DNA of 64,000 nucleotides from a virus (Duplodnaviria; Heunggongvirae; Uroviricota; Caudoviricetes): IMG/VR virus record IMGVR_UViG_2718218131_000002; one strand, 5' to 3'. Shown piece by piece: positions 58,336 to 64,000 of this stretch (position 1 is its first letter; each line of letters starts with the position of its first letter). The notes under the pieces were generated by a model. It saw only the letters and a program-made list of their open reading frames with translations, ran no database searches and was not told where the DNA came from. The position numbers and the translations under genes were made by a program.

Positions 58336-58754
58336 CAGCACAGATAGCGGCTTACGGGCGGCTGGTGGCTGACCCGCAGTTAAAGACCACCAGCAAAGGG
58401 ACACAAATGGCGATGGCGAGTATGGCGGTTCCCCTGCCGTGCAGCCAGGCAGATGACGGAACGGCGACGATGTGGTTATCCGTCCTGGCGTTTGGCAGAC
58501 AGGCCGACGCACTGGCAAAACACCACAAAGGCGAATTGGTGAGCGTGGCGGGTAACATGCAGGTAAGCCAGTGGACAGGCCAGAACGGCGAAACGCGGCA
58601 GGGCTGGCAGGTTATCGCAGACAGTGTAATCAGTGCGCGAACGGCGCGACCGGGCGGCAAAAAAGGCCAGCAGGGGCAGGCCACTGACGCACTGAACAGG
58701 GCAAAACAACAGTCGGGGAATGATGATCCGTACGGCGATAATATACCGTTTTAA
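58332..58754 (+). CDS. ssb: single-stranded DNA-binding protein (SSB-like)
   Basis: OB-fold-like N-terminus, Gly/Gln-rich linker and acidic C-terminal tail ending DNIPF. Confidence 0.6.
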   Translation: MTAQIAAYGRLVADPQLKTTSKGTQMAMASMAVPLPCSQADDGTATMWLSVLAFGRQADALAKHHKGELVSVAGNMQVSQWTGQNGETRQGWQVIADSVISARTARPGGKKGQQGQATDALNRAKQQSGNDDPYGDNIPF

Positions 58755-58966
58755 ATTCTGCAAACAAAAAGATGCCGGAAAAAAAATAGATTTTCCGGCA
58801 TGCTACATAAATCCCGACCAAAGGAAGTAAATACATTAACACGAATTATCAGCACTGAAGTTGTCACGGCATATTTTATACAACATTGCACTTGGTTGCA
58901 TGTATTCGCATAGCAGACATCGGTAATAGAATATATTCACAATTATTTGTAATGAATGTAAAGAGG

Positions 58967-60013
58967 ATGAGTATGGTTGACTTATATTCGCCTACACAGC
59001 TTGTGCAGGTGGCTAATGCTGAAGATGTGCAAAAAAAATTAAATGCGTTGTTTACCAGTTTGTTTTTCACTCGCTCGGTAATGTTTGAATCGAGAGACAT
59101 TATTCTTGATACGATCGACGATCCAAATATCCCGATCGCGGCGTTTTGCTCTCCTATGGTGGGCAGTAAAGTTTCACGAGATGAGGGATACGAATCAAAA
59201 ACAATTCGCCCTGGCTATATGAAACCGAAAAGCAGCATTGATCCAAATAAGTTAGCTGTGCGCCCTGCTGGTGTATCACCTGAGCAATACAATGCTTTTG
59301 GAGCGCGTAATATTAAAGTTAAACAGGCGATTGTAAATCAGGCTAAAGCTATTCGTGCACGTATTGAATGGCTTGCCGTTCAGGCAATCACAACGGGGAA
59401 AAATATCATTGAGGGCGATGGCATTGAACGTTATGAACTGGACTGGAATATAAAACCACAAAATATTATCACGCAGTCCGGCGGTGCTGAGTGGTCAGGT
59501 AAGGATAAAGAAACTTTTGATCCAAATGATGATATTGAGAGCTACGCAGAATTTAGTGAGGGCGTCACTAATATCATCATTATGGGCGGTAATGTATGGA
59601 AGAAATACCGTTCATTCAGAGCGATAAAAGAGGCTCTGGATACCCGTCGTGGTTCTAATTCCGAACTGGAAACGGCCCTTAAAGACCTTGGTGATTCGGT
59701 GAGTTTTAAAGGGTATATGGGCGATGTTGCGATTGTTGTATACAGCGGGCGTTATACCGACGAGGACGGAACTGAAAAACATTTCCTTGATCCTGATTTG
59801 ATGGTGCTTGGCAATACGGCTCTTCAGGGGATTGTCGCCTATGGCGGTATTCAGGATCCGGAGCTAATCCGAATGGGGCTGACTAAAGCCGAACTTGCAC
59901 CGAAAAACTATATTGTGCCTGGTGATCCGGCTATTGAATATGTGCAGACACATTCAGCACCACAGCCAATACCGGCCCGCATCAATCGTTTTGTTACCGT
60001 TCGCATTGGCTAA
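58967..60013 (+). CDS. major capsid protein, lambda gpE homologue (satellite-encoded)
   Basis: Blocks shared with the prophage E in this window: ITQSGGAEWSGKDKETFDPNDDIESY vs ITQSGGTEWSKRDKSTYDPTDDIEAY; LDTRRGSNSELETALKDLG...YMGDVAIVVYSGRY. Confidence 0.8.
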   Translation: MSMVDLYSPTQLVQVANAEDVQKKLNALFTSLFFTRSVMFESRDIILDTIDDPNIPIAAFCSPMVGSKVSRDEGYESKTIRPGYMKPKSSIDPNKLAVRPAGVSPEQYNAFGARNIKVKQAIVNQAKAIRARIEWLAVQAITTGKNIIEGDGIERYELDWNIKPQNIITQSGGAEWSGKDKETFDPNDDIESYAEFSEGVTNIIIMGGNVWKKYRSFRAIKEALDTRRGSNSELETALKDLGDSVSFKGYMGDVAIVVYSGRYTDEDGTEKHFLDPDLMVLGNTALQGIVAYGGIQDPELIRMGLTKAELAPKNYIVPGDPAIEYVQTHSAPQPIPARINRFVTVRIG

Positions 60014-60022
60014 GGGGGAGCA

Positions 60023-60364
60023 ATGGCTACTCATTACACTGAACTCATGGCTGGCACTGAAGCACTGGTGACTACGCTGGGGATATTTTCAGCTAATAAA
60101 GGGGTAATTCCTGCATTTACGCCACTGATGCAGGAAGATGCAACAGGTGCACTGGTGGTATGGGATGGTTCGAGCGTAGGTAAAGCGGTTTATGTTTCCG
60201 CTGTACAAATCGACACCGCGAAAAAAACACAGGCTCAGGTCTATAAGACAGGTGTCTTAAATGTTGATGCTCTGAACTGGCCTGAGTCTGTAAAAGAACT
60301 GTCAGTAAAGATTGCAGCGTTTGTTGGCTCAGGTATTTCTGTTCAGCCGCTGGCTCGTGTGTAA
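60023..60364 (+). CDS. head decoration protein, lambda gpD homologue (satellite-encoded)
   Basis: 113 aa; TPLM...LVVWDGS..GKAV block parallels gpD TPLM...LVAWDGT..GAAV. Confidence 0.6.
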   Translation: MATHYTELMAGTEALVTTLGIFSANKGVIPAFTPLMQEDATGALVVWDGSSVGKAVYVSAVQIDTAKKTQAQVYKTGVLNVDALNWPESVKELSVKIAAFVGSGISVQPLARV

Positions 60365-60375
60365 AGGGGGATACA

Positions 60376-60759
60376 ATGCAGAATCATTACAATGACCTTA
60401 AGCCAATTGCCGAAATGATGTATCCGGATCCAGCAGTAGAGGAATTAAAGGCTATTGCTGACAAAATGCGTTTAAGTGAACGCCTTGTTGATATGAATCA
60501 GGTGATGGAACTTACTACCCTTAGCCGTCGCACATTGCTAAACCTTGAGGCTCGCGGAGAGTTCCCCGAACGCGTACAGGTTACGGAAGGGCGTAAGGCC
60601 TGGTATTTAAGTGAAGTGATCGACTGGATAAACAATATTCCTCGATCTTCTGAATATTGCCGCGTACCTGTCCCAAAAAAGCCAGATGCGGCGCTATGCC
60701 TCAAGATTGAGCGTGTACGTCGCAATGCACGGGATGGTCGCTATAAGTTGATTGGTTGA
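60376..60759 (+). CDS. protein with C-terminal AlpA-like HTH, immediately upstream of the island cos
   Basis: LTTLSRRTLLNLEARGEFPERVQVTEGRKAWYLSEVIDWI resembles AlpA/Xis-type HTH. Confidence 0.4.
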   Translation: MQNHYNDLKPIAEMMYPDPAVEELKAIADKMRLSERLVDMNQVMELTTLSRRTLLNLEARGEFPERVQVTEGRKAWYLSEVIDWINNIPRSSEYCRVPVPKKPDAALCLKIERVRRNARDGRYKLIG

Positions 60760-60815
60760 TGAAATTAGGGCCCGTTCTGGCTGGCGGGTCCTTTCCGGCG
60801 ATCCGGTAGGCTACG

Positions 60816-60827
60816 GGGCGGCGACCT
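60816..60827 (+). other. satellite cosN (GGGCGGCGACCT), identical to the prophage cosN
   Basis: Region 60787-60850 matches the prophage cos at 19823-19890 through cosN, then diverges downstream in the cosB direction. Confidence 0.75.
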
Positions 60828-60960
60828 TGCGCGTTTTCGCTATTTATGAGCCTTTTTCGGGTGCTGGTGGTGGTTTTGTTGTTCGCTCTATCTCTATGAA
60901 TAAAAAGGAAAAGATAAAACCAATACACCAACCTGAAACATTACTTAAGTGGGGATATTG

Positions 60961-61503
60961 ATGAAATCGTACCTGATGAACAAAAAAAACATGGCGCAAA
61001 GCTGCCGTGTAAGTGCGACAGCGTTCGACAAGTGGGGAGTGACTCCCGTTGAACGTAAAGGCCGCGAGGCGTTTTATGATGTTGCCAGCGTAATAGACAA
61101 TCGGGTTAGCAATGCAATTAACCAGATTACAGACGACAAAGGCGAGATTGATAATGATGAACTTTTACGAGTCAGGATCAGATTACTGACAGCACAGGCG
61201 GAGGCGCAGGAACTTAAAAACGAGCGCGATCGCGGTGACGTGATTGATACAGAGTTTTGCATGTACGCGCTTTCAAAACTGGCGAGTCAGATTTCATCAA
61301 TCATGGACAGCCTCCCGCTTACTATGCAAAGGAGCTTCCCACAGATGGCCCCCGCCATGCTGGATGGCCTGAAAAAAGAAGTTGTCAGAGCCTGTAACGC
61401 ATGCACAAAACTTGATGAAAACATCCCGCGAATACTGTCCGATTATCTGATGGAAACTACCGGAAATGTGCCTGATAAGTTTCAGCCGGATAAAGACAAG
61501 TAA
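60961..61503 (+). CDS. Nu1-like small terminase homologue (candidate packaging-redirection protein)
   Basis: LLTAQAEAQELKNERDRGDVIDTEFCMYALSKLASQISSIMDSLPLTMQRSFPQ parallels Nu1 LTRAQADAQELKNARDSAEVVETAFCTFVLSRIAGEIASILDGIPLSVQRRFPE; sits ~135 bp after cosN as Nu1 does. Confidence 0.7.
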   Translation: MKSYLMNKKNMAQSCRVSATAFDKWGVTPVERKGREAFYDVASVIDNRVSNAINQITDDKGEIDNDELLRVRIRLLTAQAEAQELKNERDRGDVIDTEFCMYALSKLASQISSIMDSLPLTMQRSFPQMAPAMLDGLKKEVVRACNACTKLDENIPRILSDYLMETTGNVPDKFQPDKDK

Positions 61504-61514
61504 CGTAGCGCACA

Positions 61515-61796
61515 ATGACAGAAGCCGAACTACTGGGATTAATCCGCCGTGTTACCGGAATCAGCCAGCAGCATGACGAACAGGCCACGCAGCCGGACAG
61601 CGTGATCGCCGAAAATTACGTGCGTGTTGTTGCTGATGTAATGCGCCGTGATGGTATTGAGTTTAACGGCGTGGATATGCGCGACATACGAATCAGAGTA
61701 CTAGAGTTGCTGGCATACCGTCGACGCGTGGCGATGTATCAGGAGAGCGCGAAAAACACTTATCAGTGGAAGAAGCCGGAACGGCTGCGGCGGTAA
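61515..61796 (+). CDS. hypothetical protein following the Nu1-like gene
   Basis: 93-aa ORF, 12 nt after the Nu1-like stop. Confidence 0.3.
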   Translation: MTEAELLGLIRRVTGISQQHDEQATQPDSVIAENYVRVVADVMRRDGIEFNGVDMRDIRIRVLELLAYRRRVAMYQESAKNTYQWKKPERLRR

Positions 61797-61814
61797 CTTG
61801 CTGATATTCCCGAT

Positions 61815-62190
61815 AACGCAAAATTGCGTTGGCTGGCAAAGTGCAAAATTGCACGATGGCCTAACCCATTGATTATTTCGAAAACCTGCAATGCAGGAAA
61901 TCGGGGAAGTAAGCCTAAGCTATTGATTCTTTCGGAAACCTCAATTTGAGGAAGTCGGCGCGGTAACTCGCTGAACTTAAAGCAAAGCTCAAAATTGAGC
62001 TGGCTGAATAATCATTATGATTACGCAGATGATTAAGGAATGACCGAAGGCGGAAATTCGCCTGTGGTTGATGGGGGAGTTGCAGATCTGCAACTCGACC
62101 ATGAAACTACGGAAACTACCCGTAGTTTGGGTAGTAAGAGTAACACCCAGATTTTGGGGCTTACTCGTGATACCCAAATTTGGAGTATCG
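61815..62190. repeat. array of at least 9 distinct short palindromes with A/T-rich centres
   Basis: ACGCAAAATTGCGT, GTGCAAAATTGCAC, CCTGCAATGCAGG, CCTCAATTTGAGG, AGCTCAAAATTGAGCT, GGCGGAAATTCGCC, TTGCAGATCTGCAA, ACTACGG...CCGTAGT, CCCAGATTTTGGGG; two units share ~50 bp of flank. Confidence 0.5.
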
Positions 62191-62539
62191 GTGGCAACCA
62201 TAACGACTTTCGTTACGGTTGATGCTTTTACCCCATTGGGGGAAAGGTATTACGATAATCATAACACCTACCGAACAGGTAAAGCCCACCAGCCTGATTG
62301 ACATTTAACCGGAAAAAAGCCAGGTAGCCCCGTTATGTGGATCCCCATATCGACAGCAACGCCCCCTTAAAATTACCCGCCTTTATATTTCTTGTGCCTA
62401 TTTGTTCCACGTTGTTTCATACAGTGCGCCGAACGGTGTAGTTAATGGTGTAGTTAATTTGCGATTTTTGGCACTTTTGTTTGTGTATATTTTTAATTAA
62501 ATCAATGCATTAACTAATATCGGTGATAAAAGGACATAT

Positions 62540-64000
62540 TTATTCATCTTTCGGCGTAGAATGCTGGCGACCAAAAATCACCTCCATCCGCGCACCGCCA
62601 AGCATGCTATCTCCGGCGACGATTTTACCCTCATATTGCTCGGTGATTTCGCGGGCTACCGCCAGCCCCACACCTTGCCCAGGGCGTAAAGTATCAACCC
62701 GTTGACCACGGTCGAAAATGACCTCTCGCTTGCTTAATGGAATACCGGGGCCATCATCCTCGACCACAATATAGAGATGCTCGTCGGTTTGCCTTGCAGA
62801 AATTTCGACAAACTCGAGGCAATATTTACAGGCATTATCCAGCACGTTGCCCATCACCTCGACAAAATCGTTCTGCTCACCGACAAAGCTGATCTCTGGC
62901 GAAATATCGAGAGAGATATTGACCCCTTTGCGTTGATACACTTTGTTCAGCGCTGAGGTGAGATTGTCCAGCAGTGGGGCGACCGGATGCAGCTCGCGGC
63001 TGAGCAATGTCCCGCCGCGCATACTGGCACGATGCAGGTAGTAGCCAATTTGCTGTGAAATGCGGCTGATTTGCTCCAGCATTACCGGCTCAGCATCACT
63101 GACGCTCATCTTTTCACTACGCAGAGAACGCAGCGTACTTTGCAGCACCGCCAGTGGCGTTTTCAGACTATGGGTCAGGTCGGTGAGCGTCGTACGGTAT
63201 TTGTCGTAACGTTCGCGTTCACTTTTTAACAATCGGTTCAGGTTTCGTACCAGACTGGTCAGTTCTCGCGTTGTGGCTGGATTGAGCAATTCGCGGTTAT
63301 GTTCTTCCAGTTCGCGGACTTCTTTTGCCAGGGCTTCGATGGGGCGTAAACTCCACCAGGCGGCGACCCACAGCAGCGGGATCACTAACAGCAGATTGGC
63401 TGAGAGCACATAGATAAACCAGCTCCAGACCATATAGGAACTTTTTAGCTCCACCGGAATGGTATCCACCACCACAATGGTTAACTTTGGCATTCGCGAT
63501 GTTGCCGGGTAGACGTTTACCGCCACCGAGTGGGTCATCTCCGCGTCGTCGTCATCTTCCCGCACTTCCTGCAACTGTTGCTGTATCGAATGATCTCCAC
63601 TCAGCAAGAGGCTGGTATCGTTAACATCCGCTTCAATTTCATGAAAACCATTCGATTTCAGCCAGTCAGGCTGGATCATCTTCATCAGCCAGGGCACGTC
63701 ACGTTGCGCCCATAAAAGCTGCCCGTTCTCATCATAAATTAGCGTCATGGTGGGGCTTTGCTTGTCGATATTTTCTGGTAACTCGACATGCAACTTATTG
63801 TTTTCCCACTTCGCAAGGGTATAGAACAGATTGCTTTCGCCACGTAACAGCCGAAACGTAGTTTTATCGAAACTGACGCTATAACCGATCAGCGCGACCA
63901 TTCCGTAGGCAAGCGAAAGCACCAGTACTACCGCTGCCGTTGCCAACAGAAAACGTACCCGCAGCGAGAGCGGGAAAAAAAGACGCAGTAATTTTTTCAT
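62540..64000 (-). CDS. phoQ: sensor histidine kinase PhoQ
   Basis: 486 aa, [41 protein letters not shown]... matches E. coli PhoQ; start codon at the window edge. Confidence 0.95.
   Translation of the reverse strand: MKKLLRLFFPLSLRVRFLLATAAVVLVLSLAYGMVALIGYSVSFDKTTFRLLRGESNLFYTLAKWENNKLHVELPENIDKQSPTMTLIYDENGQLLWAQRDVPWLMKMIQPDWLKSNGFHEIEADVNDTSLLLSGDHSIQQQLQEVREDDDDAEMTHSVAVNVYPATSRMPKLTIVVVDTIPVELKSSYMVWSWFIYVLSANLLLVIPLLWVAAWWSLRPIEALAKEVRELEEHNRELLNPATTRELTSLVRNLNRLLKSERERYDKYRTTLTDLTHSLKTPLAVLQSTLRSLRSEKMSVSDAEPVMLEQISRISQQIGYYLHRASMRGGTLLSRELHPVAPLLDNLTSALNKVYQRKGVNISLDISPEISFVGEQNDFVEVMGNVLDNACKYCLEFVEISARQTDEHLYIVVEDDGPGIPLSKREVIFDRGQRVDTLRPGQGVGLAVAREITEQYEGKIVAGDSMLGGARMEVIFGRQHSTPKDE

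Larger units (their letters stand above)
51943..62459 (+). mobile_element. integrative phage-satellite-like island (PICI / P4-like features) in the roxA-phoQ intergenic region
   Basis: Flanked by 25-bp direct repeats GGTGTAGTTAATGGTGTAGTTAATT (51943-51967 and 62435-62459); carries int, alpA, P4-type primase, iterons, SSB, gpE-like and gpD-like capsid genes, cos and a Nu1-like gene. Confidence 0.75.

Noticed and set aside
61815-62190. CRISPR array
   Set aside because: The palindromes are all different, there are no identical direct repeats at regular spacing, and no cas genes are nearby.

Overview
This window holds the right-hand ~47 kb of a lambda-like prophage integrated at the 3' end of potB, followed by chromosomal potB-potA-pepT-roxA, a ~10.5 kb integrative island between roxA and phoQ that looks like a cos-type phage satellite, and phoQ. 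The prophage has a classic stx-phage backbone (O-like replication gene, nin-region accessory cargo, rusA, Q, adenine methyltransferase, three tRNAs, nanS-p esterase, pinholin/SAR-endolysin lysis cassette, cos, lambda head and tail genes Nu1 through J, lom, collagen-repeat tail fibre, LRR effector-like moron) but no stx genes. It is interrupted by three insertion sequences: IS629 upstream of cos, an IS21-family element inside FI, and an IS30-family ISApl1-like element after the tail fibre. The most interesting content is (1) the satellite island, which carries its own lambda-type cos with an identical cosN, a Nu1-like small terminase homologue, gpE-like and gpD-like capsid genes, a P4-type primase with iterons, and an unexplained array of distinct palindromes; and (2) the prophage nin-region cargo: a hok toxin, a two-gene module (unknown 216-aa protein plus XRE-HTH/ImmA-type Zn-peptidase) flanked by identical terminators, and an AT-rich cassette (apparently frameshifted SMEK-like gene, SAM methyltransferase, polytopic membrane protein). 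All calls rest on reading the sequence and recalled protein families; no database search was run, and several coordinates are approximate.
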